Positions 23,130-35,850 of a stretch of DNA of 36,769 nt are shown one piece after another. Position numbers and translations under genes: made by a program. The stretch comes from Vicugna vicugna (Eukaryota), in assembly GCA_013265495.1 (NCBI GenBank), contig MU057560.1, positions 3,658,909 through 3,695,677 of the forward strand, in the 5' to 3' direction. The notes under the pieces were generated by a model. It saw nothing but the letters and a program-made list of their open reading frames with translations. It was not told the DNA's origin and ran no database searches. Within the stretch, counting starts at the first letter, position 1, and each line of letters starts with the position of its first letter.

Positions 23130-23910
23130 GCTGTGGGTTTTAGTCAGGTTTTGTGTGTGGTGCAGACAGTGTGCCGTGTCCTTCTTTGGTGTGTGGTGTC
23201 CAGTTTTCCCAGAACCATTCATCAAGGGGACTGTCCTTTCCCTGGTCCTTTCCCTGGCTCCTTTCTTGTGAGTTAACTCACCATATCCCCAGAGGTTTAT
23301 TTGCAGCCTCTCTGTTGTGCCAGTTCCACAATTCTTTGGTGACTGTGCTTTTGTAATGCCCTGTGAAGTCAGGGAAGGAGATGCCTCCAGCCTGTTTCCC
23401 TTTTATAGAACCTCTTTGGCTGTTCAGGGTCCTTTGTGTTTCCACAGGAATGTTAGGAATGTTTGTTCTGTTTCTGTGAAAAATACCACTGAGGTTTATT
23501 TTATTTTATTGAAGTATAGTCAATTCACAGTGTTCTGTTATTTTCTAGTGTAGGGCATAATGATTTGACGAGACTTGCTTTGAATTTGGACACTGCTTTG
23601 GGTAGAATGGGCATTTTAACAATATTAATTCTTTCTGTCCATGAGCACAGGGTAACTTTCCATTTATTTGTGTCTGTTCAGTTTCTTTCCTCAGTGTCTT
23701 AGAATTTTCAGCGTGCAGGTCTTTCACATCCTTGATTCAGTTTATTGATAGGTTTTTTTTGGATGCAATTGTAAATGGGATTTAAAAAAAGTCTCTTTCT
23801 GATGTTTCCTTATAAATGTATAGAAAGACAACTGATTTTTGTGTATTGGTTTTGTCCCCTGTAGCTTTACTGCAATGATTCATTAGTTCTAACAGTTTTT
23901 TGATGGTTTG
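23130..23910 (-). mobile_element. L1 ORF2 antisense fragment (module A)
   Basis: tccagttttcccagaaccattc; gatgcctccagc; aatattaattcttt...ccatgagcacagg. Confidence 0.85.
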
Positions 23911-24932
23911 ATGTGGAAAACTAGAAATCAGAATTCACTCTGTTTGGACTCCATGTGGGTCATCCACAGTACCTAAGACACAGTGGCTCCTAATCTTCCC
24001 ACAGTGCCTTTAAGTTACATGTGGACTCCTGCAAGGGCGATGAGCATCAGCACTTTGGGTGAACTGGATCGCGTTAAAGGTGGGCCTCTATAGGGAAATC
24101 TGAATTCTTCTCTGCTTTTTTGGTGTGGTATTGACATGGTTATTTTCAAAAGTAATACAGTTTTTAATAAAGTTTCTTCTAAAGTTTTCTTATAAAGTTC
24201 CATATAAAATACTTTAAATAGCATTACACAGTACTCACATTTGACACTTCACATAAAATACTCCAGTGGGTTTTACCTAAAACTGGGATACTTTCCCAGG
24301 GAACCAGCACATAAACTACAAATGAAGAAATTGTATGGTTCACCTTGTAATCACATCCACAGGCCCACTTCAGCCTTCCCCTTTGCCCCAGCTTACGGAA
24401 ATCCTTTTTTCCATTCTGTGCCAGTTTTCTTTTTCTGAAACTATTACTGAGAGTTTCCCTCTTTTTCAAAATCTTAATGGATTTAAGGCGCACAAGATGA
24501 ATACGATCTGGGTGGCCTCTTCTGTGTGTCTCCTTTCACTTAGAATGTTTTCAATCTTTATCCAATTGGAGTCTTTAGTGATTCATTCACATTTTTCATT
24601 GTCATTAAAAATACAGGACATAACATTTACCATTTAAACATGCAGTTCTATGGTATTAATTAGATTCACATTGTTGTACAGATGCCTCACCATCCATCTC
24701 CAGAACTTATTCATTTTCCCCAAGTGAAACCCTGTATCCAGTGAACACTAACTCCCCTCAGCCCCTGGCAGTGACACTCTTTCTGTCTCTACATTTGACT
24801 TCTCTGGATGCCTTGTATAAGGGGAATCATAAAATATTTGTCCTTCTGTGACTGGCTTATTTCACTTAGCATAGTGACTTCAAGATTTATTCATGTTGCA
24901 GCATGTGTCATAATTTCCTTAGTTTTTAAGGC

Positions 24933-25602
24933 TGTGCAGTATCCCATTGGGTATACACTACATGTATTTTATCCATTCATCCGCTGATGGACAGGTGAGT
25001 TATTTCCACCTTTTGCTGTTGTGATTAGTGCTGCCATGGATATGGGTGTACCCATTTCTATTCCAGTTCCTGCTTTCAAATATTTTGAACATATATCCTG
25101 AAGTGGAATTGATGGATCACATGTCAACCCCATGTGTAAGTTTTTGAGGAACTTCTGTCTGGTTCTCCACCATGGCTGCACCATTTTATTGCTTTATATG
25201 GCAGAATAATATGGCAGTTTATGGATGTACAGTATTTGTTTATCTATTTAGCCTTTGATGGACATTATTGTGCAGTATCCCATTGGGTATACACTACATG
25301 TATTTTATCCATTCATCCGCTGATGGACAGGTGAGTTATTTCCACCTTTTGCTATTGTGATTAGTGCTGCCATGGATATGGGTGTACCCATTTCTATTCC
25401 AGTTCCTGCTTTCAAATATTTTGAACATATATCCTGAAGTGGAATTGATGGATCACATGTCAACCCCATGTGTAAGTTTTTGAGGAACTTCTGTCTGGTT
25501 CTCCACCATGGCTGCACCATTTTATTGCTTTATATGGCAGAATAATATGGCAGTTTATGGATGTACAGTATTTGTTTATCTATTTAGCCTTTGATGGACA
25601 TT
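24933..25602. repeat. Near-perfect 334-bp tandem duplication inside an L1 3' end
   Basis: 24933-25266 and 25269-25602 differ by one substitution (gctgtt/gctatt); twin 71-aa ORFs in the ORF track. Confidence 0.95.
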
Positions 25603-26167
25603 TCAATTGTTCTACCTTTGGGAGTATTAATTTACATTTCCATCATGACTGATTTTAAACATTTTTTCATGTGCTTGTTGACTATTTGTCTTGTCTGGAG
25701 AAGGGTCTACTTTAAAAAATATTTAATTTTATTGATTGATTGATTTTTCTTATTTTTCACTTTTATAAGGTAGATGATTACTGTTTGACTGCACAGATAC
25801 ATTATATTGCATGTAAATACATATATACAATGTACTGTACTTTTTTTAAATTTACATATAGAGAAGGGTGTATTTAAGTCCTTTTACCATGTTAAAAATT
25901 GGGTTTGTTTTGTCTTTTTATGAGTTGTAAAAGTTCTTGATATATTCTTGATAAAATTTTTTTCAAGTATATAATGTGCAAATATTTTCTTTGATTTTGT
26001 GTGCTGTCTTTTCAGTTTATGGATAGCATCTTTGATGTACAAATGTCTTTAATTTTGAGGAAAGGCAATTTATTTTTTTCTTTCCTTGTGTTTGCTATCA
26101 AATCTAAAAAAATTGCTAAGTCCAAGGTCATGATGACTTATCCCAATTGTTTCTTTGAGAGTTTATA

Positions 26168-26523
26168 CAGCTTCCCTCCCTATCTGTTCCCTCCCTATCT
26201 GTTAGGTATTGGTTCCAGGACACCCTGTGGATACTAAATGTCTGTCGGTGCTGAAATCCATTATATAAAATGGTGTAGTATTGGCAAATAATCTAAGCAC
26301 AGCTTCCTGTATACTTAAAATCATCTCTAGATCACTTATACTAAATAATACAATGTAAATGGTATGTAAATAATGGTGAAGAAAATATAATGTTATTTAA
26401 ATAGTTTCTGACATGCCACAAGTTCAAGTTTTTCTTTATGGAACTTTCTCAAATTATTATTATTTTTTTTATCTGAAGGATACTGGTTCTGGAAATGTGG
26501 AATCAGCAGATGACTGCTGATTG
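26168..26523 (+). mobile_element. MER2-type DNA transposon, paralogous insertion to 3357-3742
   Basis: ttggttccaggacaccctgtggatactaaa...tatataaaatggtgtagtatt...atcatctctagatcacttata; same L1 site gagagtttata|. Confidence 0.85.
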
Positions 26524-26779
26524 TCACTTTACCACTCTTTAAATTTAAGCTTTTTATGTATCTTGAGTTAATTTTGCATGTGGTATGAAGCAGGGCTCCA
26601 ATTTCATTTCTCTTAGAAACAAAAAAATTTCACTGGATAGACAATTGCCTGGCACCACTTGTTGAAAACACAATTTTCTCCCCAATTTTATCTTGCCCAC
26701 TGCGTTAAAAAAAAAAAAAGAGTGTCTTTTCACATTAGAGTGTTCCTCTGGATACATGCCCAGCAATGGGATCTCAGAC

Positions 26780-28250
26780 TCTCTTTGCTTCTGACCTAAA
26801 CAGGAGGAGGTCACTATGTGGAACCTATACTTCAGGAGAGGGGGCATAAGCTCCACCTCCTTGATGGATGTCATGGATTATTAGGAACACTTCTGCATAG
26901 GAGCTTTCTATTCAATCTCACTTATTAAAAACAAAACAATACTATGTCATCATTTAACTTCACCATTGTGGACACCTGGATAGTTATTTTAATCTTTTGG
27001 TTATAATCCAGCACTACAGGTTTGGTAGCTCAGTTCATTCCTACTTTGGCTACTGAGAACTCTTTCATTGGCTCCTGTTTCCTTTGAGATCATTCCATAT
27101 TTTGGGTTTTTTTTTCCCCCCTGGTACTTCCTTACTTTCTGATACAAGAGTCAAGATTATCCTGGCTCTTGACTGTCTCAGTCCTAGTAGAAGCCATTTC
27201 TTCAAAGAGTCCTGACTCCTTTAATTAGAGAATGGTATTAAGAATTTGCATATGGGAGGAAAATGTTCTCCACTGACAATGCAAGGAAATGTATGTGTAT
27301 GTTCCCATGTTAGTGTATTGTTGTTGCTCAGGGAGCACCATCCCTCCCCCAATCTGCCACAACCACATAGTGTTTTAAATTAAAGTTACTTAGAAATGGC
27401 CAAAGCAAGAGGGACACTCTGACCCCTGCTCTATCTCCATAAAATCAGGAAATAAGCCTGTCATGTGAAAGGTTCAGAGGCGCATATAAACATAACTTGT
27501 AACTCCTTTAATTTACCACCCCAAGCCCAGACTCTTTAGATTCTTCATTGAGTACCCAGAAGCTACATTTCTTTGGGCTGTCAGTTGCTATGCTAGCAAG
27601 AGTTTTCTAGATGTATAAAATCTGCCTGTTTTCACTACTTCTTACTTCCCATTTCTATGAGACTTCTGTGTGTAGGAATTAAAATTTCCTTTTCTCCTGT
27701 GGCTCTGTCTTGCGTTAGTTTTATTATTAGTCCAGCCACGAGAAGTCAAGAGAGAGAGAGAGTGAAATTTCCCCCTCCCCAATAGTATACACTCCTAATT
27801 ATAGAGATTTCTATATGGAAATGTCTGTATTCATGTTAAGCAGAAGACGGGTTTATACTGATGCCTCCAACATGATCCATTATTGTATGGACAGGGTACA
27901 TCTTCCTCCTGCTTATCTGTAACTCCCAGTCAGACAGTAGAATCCTGGTTCCCACCGTCTTCCACCCATTCAATTCATTTCTCATTCTGCTCCAGATGAA
28001 TGGTTTCAGCGTTCTTAGCTCCTGCCCCTGTGGGATGGATCTTACAGATCCCACTGTTTAAGTGCAGTATGTTTTCCCTGTAGTCTACACGTTTAATTCA
28101 TTCCTGCAGTTACTGAGGCTTGCACCTTCTGCTCCACCAGCATCACTGAGTGTTTTCATACATGTCTAATACAGATCCTGTGTTACATCCTGTATTCCAT
28201 CCTGTGGCATTACTGCTTACTTGATCACGTAATTGACTTTTTTCTGTAAG
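26780..28250 (-). mobile_element. L1MC1-like 3' UTR interrupted by an LTR
   Basis: ggtcactatgtgg...gctccacctccttga; agccatttcttcaaagagtcctgactcctttaattagagaatggtatt. Confidence 0.75.
27300..27784 (+). mobile_element. MER34-like ERV1 LTR
   Basis: gaaatggcc...gggacactctgaccc...tataaaa...attaaa...ttttctcctgt...ttattagtccagcc...ctccccaata. Confidence 0.65.
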
Positions 28251-28327
28251 AAATGGAAATCTCCCTCACAAAAGGGCAATCTCTACTCAGTGTTCTGAGA
28301 GTCTTTTTTTTTTTTTTTTTAAAAATT

Positions 28328-28668
28328 NNNNNNNNNNNNNNNNNNNNNNNNNNNNNNNNNNNNNNNNNNNNNNNNNNNNNNNNNNNNNNNNNNNNNNNNN
28401 NNNNNNNNNNNNNNNNNNNNNNNNNNNNNNNNNNNNNNNNNNNNNNNNNNNNNNNNNNNNNNNNNNNNNNNNNNNNNNNNNNNNNNNNNNNNNNNNNNNN
28501 NNNNNNNNNNNNNNNNNNNNNNNNNNNNNNNNNNNNNNNNNNNNNNNNNNNNNNNNNNNNNNNNNNNNNNNNNNNNNNNNNNNNNNNNNNNNNNNNNNNN
28601 NNNNNNNNNNNNNNNNNNNNNNNNNNNNNNNNNNNNNNNNNNNNNNNNNNNNNNNNNNNNNNNNNNNN
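28328..28668. other. Assembly gap (N)
   Basis: Run of N. Confidence 1.
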
Positions 28669-29229
28669 GGTGTACCTTCAGATGTTTGTTTCTATCTTCA
28701 CCCATTTTTAATGGGGTTGTTTGTTCTAGATTTTATTGGTATAACTTGAGTACAAATCCTTTATCAGATATGCATTTTGCAAATAGTTTCTGCTAGTGTG
28801 TGATTTCTTTTTTGCCTTTATGAATAAGATCTTTCACAGAGTAGATGTCTATAGTTCTATAAAGTCCATGTCATTAATTTTGTGTTGATGTGTAGATAGT
28901 CACTTGTTGTGAGTTTAAACTCATCACCAGAACCAAGGTCTTACAGATTTTCTCCCTTTTCCTTTTAAGATTTATATAGTTTTGCCATTTAAATTTGTCT
29001 ATGGGCAATCTTGAGTGACTTTTGCTATCAGTTGTAAAGTCTGTGTCTATGTTCTCTTCATTCTATATGTTTTTTAATTAATTGCTCCTTAACCAGTTTT
29101 TGAGACAATATAGTGAGCTACTTGGCTGTATTTCAGTTTGGATTTCCAAAGGCACTACATAAAGCAGAACTGCATTCAGGATGAGGTCTCTGGGCTTTGT
29201 GAACTCAGCATCCCCTGAACTTTTCTGAT

Positions 29230-29560
29230 GGTCCACAGCAGGGAGCCAGATCCACCTCTGACCCACAGGGCACAGGTGCATTCTGCCCATGGACTTGGCC
29301 CCTTGCACAGCTAGCTGGGGCTTGGTCTCTTCAGGACTGTCAGGGCTTCATCTTCTAGACAGTGGGACTGTGTCCATGCTGTCATGGGCTGAGTTTTCTT
29401 GGGCATCGCTGTGAACACCATAAGAGTGGGAAAAAAAAAACCAAAGTGGGGAGAAGCTTCCTGTGTGCAGCTGACTGTTCAGGGGAGCTCTGTCTTCAGA
29501 GGAACCTCAGAAAGAGGTCGATGTGGAGAACTGTGGGGTTTTAGTTGGTTTTGTGTGCAA
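29230..29560 (+). repeat. Module copy B of the GC-rich promoter/exon-like block (CpG-depleted)
   Basis: gtgcattctgcccatggacttggccccttgcacagctagctggggcttggtctcttcaggac aligns with 22861-22925; followed by the same L1 junction. Confidence 0.75.
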
Positions 29561-30118
29561 TGGAGCTGGTGACCAGTGATGTTCTTTGGTGCTTGGTGTC
29601 CCATTTTCCTGGCAATGTTTGTTGAGGGGAATGTCCCCCCCTCTTTGTATGTCCTTGTCCCCATTTTAATGAATTAACTGACCACAGCCATGCGCGTTTA
29701 TTTCTGGGCTCTTTATGCTGTTACCCTCTTCCATGTGTCTGTTTGTGCCAGTTCCTCACGGTTGTGGTTACTACAGCTCCGTGATATAGTTTGATGCTAG
29801 GGAGGGAGATGCCTCCAGTTGTGTCCTCCTTTCTCAGAATTTCTCTGGCTGCTCAGGTTCCTTAGTTGTTCTATATTAATAGTAGGATTGTTATTTCTAC
29901 TTCAATGAAATATACCATTGAACATTATATTGATGTTGCAGTGAATTTGTTGATAGTTTTGGGTAGAATCAATAATTTAATACTAGTCATTCTTCCAATC
30001 CATGAGTACAGAATATTTTTCTGTTTATTTGTGTCTTCTTTAACTTCTTACTCAATGGTTTACAGTTTTTTGAGTACAGGTCTTTCACATCCTTGGTTAA
30101 ATTTGTTCCTAGTTATTT

Positions 30119-30148
30119 NNNNNNNNNNNNNNNNNNNNNNNNNNNNNN
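30119..30148. other. Assembly gap (N)
   Basis: Run of N. Confidence 1.
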
Positions 30149-30994
30149 GTTTCCTTAACCTTCTGATGGGTTATTATTGGTGTATAGAAATGCAACTGAT
30201 TTTTGTACATTGATTTCACATTGAACTTTACTGAATTTATTTACTTTAACAACTGTTTGTTAAGTGTTGTGGAAAATTGAAGTTTTAAAATCTCTCTATT
30301 TCTCCTGCATCCCAGGTAGTGCACAGGATCCAAGACTTGGTGGCTACTGGTGTAATCATCACACAGTGCCTCTTAATAACAGGTGGATTCCTACAAGGGC
30401 GATGAGCATCAGAACTCTGGCTGACCTTGGTCTGGGTGAGTCTTGGATTCTATTGCAAGGTTTGATGTCTGTCTTATAAGCTTCTCTGCCATGGTATTGA
30501 TATGGTTGTTTTGAAAAGTAATGGACTTTCCAGTAATTTCTTTGATGTTAAAATCTACTCACAGTTGCCACTTTATACAAAATACCATAGGGTGCTTTAC
30601 CCCAAACAGGGGTAGTCTCCTGAGGAGCTGTCATATAACCCACCAGTGAAGAAGCCGTGTGGCGTCTGCATCACTGCATGACCCGCCCGCCCCCTTCAGC
30701 TGCCACCACTTTGTCTAGCTGCTTGTTTTCTTTTTCTGGGTTTGTTACTGAGACTCTCACTTTGACAACCTTGATGGATGTAAAGCACACATGATGACCA
30801 TGTGATCAGGAGAATTTTTCTTTTCAGCTCTTTTCACTAGGGATTTTTCAGTGTGTTAATGTTGTAAGTTGTATCAGTTCTACATCCCTACATAATTTTC
30901 ACTGTGATTAAAAATACGTATGACATTTTTAATTGAAATCATTTCAAGTACACATTTCTGTGGTATTAACTACCTTTACATAATAGTACAAACA

Positions 30995-31380
30995 AGTTCA
31001 AGAACTTGGGTGCCTACTTTAAGCATGGGAGATGCCCAGAAAATTGAGTAATTCCCTGAAATGGCCCAAGACATCACCTGATATGCCATCTTTCTCTAAC
31101 ACCAAAAGAAAGGAAGGTTATGTTCATTATATAGATTTAAATCTTAGCTTTTTCTATTGATAAGCTTTTTTGAGATTTAGTCTTTCTTTTATTCCTGGTG
31201 CAGAAATGGAGATTACTTTTCAAATGTAGATTTCCCTTATAAATGTAAATTTGCCTTACAATGGGCAATTTTGAATCGGGTTTCATAGAGTCTTATGTTT
31301 CTTATTGTTAAAGAAATCTCCCCATTGTAATCTTCATGCCAAAGAGATGTATTTTATGGTGTCATTGGCCCTCTTTCACA
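30995..31380 (-). mobile_element. MER34-like LTR fragment
   Basis: gcatgggagatgcccagaaaattgagtaattccctgaaatggcccaagacatcacc...gatttcccttataaatgtaaatt...tcatgccaaagag. Confidence 0.6.
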
Positions 31381-32174
31381 GGGGTGTACCCCAACTTGCT
31401 TATATATTCATGCACAGAAGGACATCCTCATGGTTTAAAGTTTTAAGCCATTATGAGTAGAGTTGCTGTGCATAATTTCATGCTAGTTTTTGTTTGGACA
31501 CTTTTTCAAAGCAATTGTCTAAATACTACAGGTGCAGTGTTGGATCCTCAGGTGAACCTTGGATAGCTTTGGAAAAACTCCCAAACTGTCTTTCAAAGTA
31601 GCCACACATGCATTCCACCTGCAGTGAGGGAGAGTTCCTCTTTTTCTCCATCTTCCATCAATCACAAGTAATGTCATTTTTTTGGAGTTTAGTGGTTCTC
31701 ATAAGCGTGCATTGTTATATCATCATTGTTTTAATTTGCAACTTCCTACTGGTGTATGATTTTTGAGAATATTTTTATAGGCTTATTTACTACCTGTGTG
31801 TTTTCTTTGGAGAGGTGTTTGTTAAGATCTTTACCTATTTTTATTGGGGTTGTTTGTTGTAAAGTTCTTGGGGTAATTTGAGTCCAAATCCTTAATCAGT
31901 TATGTGTTTTGTAAATGTATGTTTCTCAGTATGTGTCTTGTCTTTAGGATTTCTGAATAAGGTCATTAACAGAGTTTAAATTTTTAATTTTTAAAAAATT
32001 CTATGATATAAATTTTACTTCTGTGGATAGACTGGGGGATTTTTGTAAAAGTTTGTCACCTAGACAAGGTTATGTCGACTTCCTTATATGTCTTCTCTTA
32101 GAATAATTCCAGATGTGCATTATATAATTGTCTGGACAATTTAGAGTACATTTTGGTGTAAGTGGTAAAAACTG

Positions 32175-32545
32175 AGTGGTTGTGGCCTGCGATTCCCAGC
32201 TCGCCAGCGGGTGGCAACACGGCTGTTCTCTGACCCTCAAGGTGCACCTGTCTTATTGCGGGGTTTGGCTCCTGTGGAAACTTGGCTCCTTGTGGGGCTG
32301 GTGGAGGCTGGGTCTCCTCAGGACCTGCCGTGGTCTCAGCTTCAGGACAACACTCGACCAACCAAGTCCACGGAGACAGGAGCCAGACGTCTCCAAGGAT
32401 CACCAGGAGGCATTACTGTGGGAATAAAAGGTGAGGTAAAAGTGGGGGGAGGCCTCCTGTGTGTGATTGCAACCGAGGAGGTCCATTTTCAGAGGATCCA
32501 GCAGGGGCTTGATGTGGAAAATTTTCAGATTTTCTTGATTTTGTG
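32175..32545 (+). repeat. Module copy C of the GC-rich promoter/exon-like block
   Basis: gtctcctcaggacctgcc, gacaggagcc, caggagg and aag|gtgagg shared with copy A. Confidence 0.75.
32188..32218 (+). promoter_or_regulatory. Putative bipartite CTCF site (upstream motif plus core)
   Basis: TGCGATTCC-N7-CCAGCGGGTGGCAAC versus TGCAGTnCC-N7/8-CCASYAGRKGGCRS. Confidence 0.5.
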
Positions 32546-32601
32546 TCTAGTGTTGATGGTGTCTAGTGTCATTTTCGTGTTCTTGGCACGCATGTGGAGG
32601 G

Positions 32602-32983
32602 NNNNNNNNNNNNNNNNNNNNNNNNNNNNNNNNNNNNNNNNNNNNNNNNNNNNNNNNNNNNNNNNNNNNNNNNNNNNNNNNNNNNNNNNNNNNNNNNNNN
32701 NNNNNNNNNNNNNNNNNNNNNNNNNNNNNNNNNNNNNNNNNNNNNNNNNNNNNNNNNNNNNNNNNNNNNNNNNNNNNNNNNNNNNNNNNNNNNNNNNNNN
32801 NNNNNNNNNNNNNNNNNNNNNNNNNNNNNNNNNNNNNNNNNNNNNNNNNNNNNNNNNNNNNNNNNNNNNNNNNNNNNNNNNNNNNNNNNNNNNNNNNNNN
32901 NNNNNNNNNNNNNNNNNNNNNNNNNNNNNNNNNNNNNNNNNNNNNNNNNNNNNNNNNNNNNNNNNNNNNNNNNNNNNNNNNNN
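32602..32983. other. Assembly gap (N)
   Basis: Run of N. Confidence 1.
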
Positions 32984-34659
32984 CTTCTAGTGCCACAGCT
33001 TTTGTTTTGTGTATGTCCTCTTCAATGTCTTTATGAGTGCTTTCTAACTTTCCATGTGCAGGCCTTTCACATCCTTGGTTCATTTGATTCCTAGGTATTT
33101 TAATTTTATTTTTATTTTTGGTGCAATTGTTAAATGGGATTGCTGTATTAATTTCTCTTTCTGAAACTTCTTTATTAGTGTGTAGAAAGTCAATTGATTT
33201 TTGTATATTTATATGGTATCATGTAGCTTTACTGAAGTTATTTCTTACTTTTCAACAGGGTTTTTTTTTTGTATTTTGATGTGGAAAAGTAGAATTCAAA
33301 ATTGCCACTTTTTAAAAATCACATCCATGTCATTCACAACAACCAAGACACAGTGGGTTATGATATTATCTTATGATGTCTCTCAATAATATGTAGATTC
33401 CTGCAAGGGTGATCAGCTTAACCATTTTGGATCAACTGGAACTGGCGAAGGCTTGGGCTCTACAGTGAAGTTTGATGTTTTCTCAGCTTTTCTGTAATGA
33501 TTTTAACATGGCTGACTTAAGAAATTTACTTTATAATTTTAAACATACAGAATATGTGCAGTAGCAGTACAATGTCCTCTTCATCTGTAAGCTCAGGTTT
33601 CTCACTCATCAGTGATGTAGCACGTATGCCACTTCTCATGACAATCTCTAGTGTGTTTTTACCTTGAGTAGAGACATCTCTCTACTCACATAACATGCAA
33701 ATGAGGATTCATTATGGTTTTCACTTCATAATGCAGTCCACAGGCTCAGTTCCACTGCCAGCACCTGCTCCAACTGTATGGCTATGGGTTTTCCCAATCC
33801 GATCCAGTGTTTGTTTTTTTCCTGGAACTGTTCTTGAGACTTTCTCTTATTTTCCCAAATTTGATTGAATTAAAGGACAAAAGATGAGTATGATCTGGGT
33901 GGCCTTTTCTGCATGGCCTCTTTTTCTTAGGATGTTTTCGTTGTTCATCCATGTTGTAACAAATATCAGTACTTCATGTTTTTCATTGTGAGTAAATCTA
34001 TTCCATATGACATTTACCATTTAAACTGCTTTAAGTATATAGTGTCATTACATTCATGTCATACAGTTGCTGGATATTAGCTATGTTTACGTTGTTGTAG
34101 AAATTTTCTCAGCACTCATCTGCACTACTTTTTCAGTTTCCCCAAGTGAGGCTGCATCCACTAGACACCAACTCCTAACCCCTGGCAAGTACATTGTACG
34201 TCTTGTTATTGAATTAGACTTATACGGATACCTTATCTTAGAATCATAGACTGTGTGTCCTTTTTTGGTTTGATTTGGTTTGTTTCCCTTGAATGACTTC
34301 AAGGTTCATCCACATTGTAGGATGTGTCAGAATTACCTTCATTTTAAAGGCTGAATCCAGTTTAAATGTGTAAAGTAATTATAATTATTTTATTTTGATT
34401 TAAAGATAAGTATAGTTGGATATCTACCCCTGTAGTAACACACGGACACTACTTTGAACCTTTACTAACCTGTAGTAAGTGCCAGCACTTGTTGAAGCAT
34501 GTGTACATCCACCTCTAAGTGGCAGTCTGGCCACGTAGGAGCCTCTGCCGACCTACCCATGTCCTCCATGTATTTAGGAGGTGTCTCTTTCATTCTCGGT
34601 GATTTTAATTTTTTTTAACTACAATCAGTAATATAAAACCATCAGCCATATCCCAATGT

Positions 34660-35850
34660 ATGTAGTTTGAGTTAGTTGTATATGTGGTTTATTCCCCTGC
34701 ATGTGGATAGCCAGTTATCCAGCACCATTTGTGGAAAAGAGTAGTTAAAAAAAAAAACCTAAATCTTCACGCTTGTCAAAAATGTATTGATCCTAAGTGA
34801 ATGGGATTATGTTTGGGCTTCTTATGTACAGCCATTTATCTATATTTATATTTTTATGGCAATATTTTTTTATATTGCTTTGTATTGACATGAAATTTGA
34901 AAATATGAAGCCCTAGCTTTGGTTACTTTTCAGTTTGGTTTGTCTTTTTAGGGTTCCTAAAATTATACACGAATGTTAAAATCAACTTCTGTGTTTGTTC
35001 CAAAATTGTAATAGAAATTACCTTGTCTCCCTAGATTGCTTTGGGCGCTCATGCCATATTTAGTTTTGTTACCAACATGGGGTGTCTTCTTTTTTTCTTT
35101 TTTAAGGTTGTATTTCATTTCTTTTAGTGGTGTCTTTTCCATTTTAATTTACTTGTAACTTGTAACTTGACTAAATTGTCTTGTAACTTGACTAAATTGA
35201 CTCTTAACTATTTTAGTAATATTGGCATCATGTAAAATACAATTCTCTTAAATTCTTGAGATTATTCGCTGTTAATGTGTCCATGTAGACAAATTTTGAT
35301 TCATTGATACTTTGTATTGTCTACTTGCTGAAGTATTTGAGTTGCTCACAGTTTAAAAATCGAGCTAGTCAATGAATTGTTCATGCTTTGAAGATGTATA
35401 TGTAAACTGATGTCAACCATGTCTGTGAATAGACGTCCTTTTATATGTAACAATTTTATGTTTATTCTCTTTCATCCTGGATTTGCCTGGAATTTCCTGT
35501 GCAATAGTGGATAACAGAGGTGAAAGGAACTCTCTGGGCCTCGTTCCAGATGATTGACATTTATTGTGCATGTTTTATACTGCTTTGTATCATATTGAAT
35601 AATTTGTTCCTAGTCTTATTTTCACGAGTGTTTGTGCCATGAAGTAGGAGAGGAATTTGTTTAAAGCTTGTGGTGAATCAAGTGGATGGGATGATGTGGA
35701 TTTTCTGTACTGTACAAATGTTGTTTATCACATTGCTTAGCTTTATGTAATAATTTATGACATTGGTTGGTTTACAATGTTGAAACTGGATTATCTGCTT
35801 TGGAGACATTTGCAAGAGGTGGATACTCATTTCTAATGTGCTGTTAATTT
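34660..35850 (-). mobile_element. Old L1 ORF2 remnant adjoining the terminal telomeric array
   Basis: gcatgtggatagccagttatccagcaccatttgtggaaaag etc.; collinear with ~3790-5400. Confidence 0.8.

Larger units (their letters stand above)
24580..26700 (-). mobile_element. L1MB-like 3' end and ORF2 remnant
   Basis: tcaccaccatccatctccagaact; tgtccttctgtgactggcttatttcacttagcat; ccatggctgcaccatttt. Confidence 0.85.

Noticed and set aside
24037..24103. C/D box snoRNA (GCGATGA...CTGA) repeated like an imprinted snoRNA cluster
   Set aside because: The C box is non-canonical, the D box is TTGA in copies B and C, there is no terminal stem, and it does not resemble SNORD113-116
28253..33094. Long ORFs at 28253, 28319, 32211, 32547, 32566 and 32594
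   Set aside because: Artefacts of reading through N gaps
34512..34526. Second CTCF-like site CCTCTAAGTGGCAG
   Set aside because: Mismatch at a key core G and no upstream motif
35152..35200. Short tandem duplications here and at 26173, 18523 and 23235
   Set aside because: Ordinary slippage events within TE remnants
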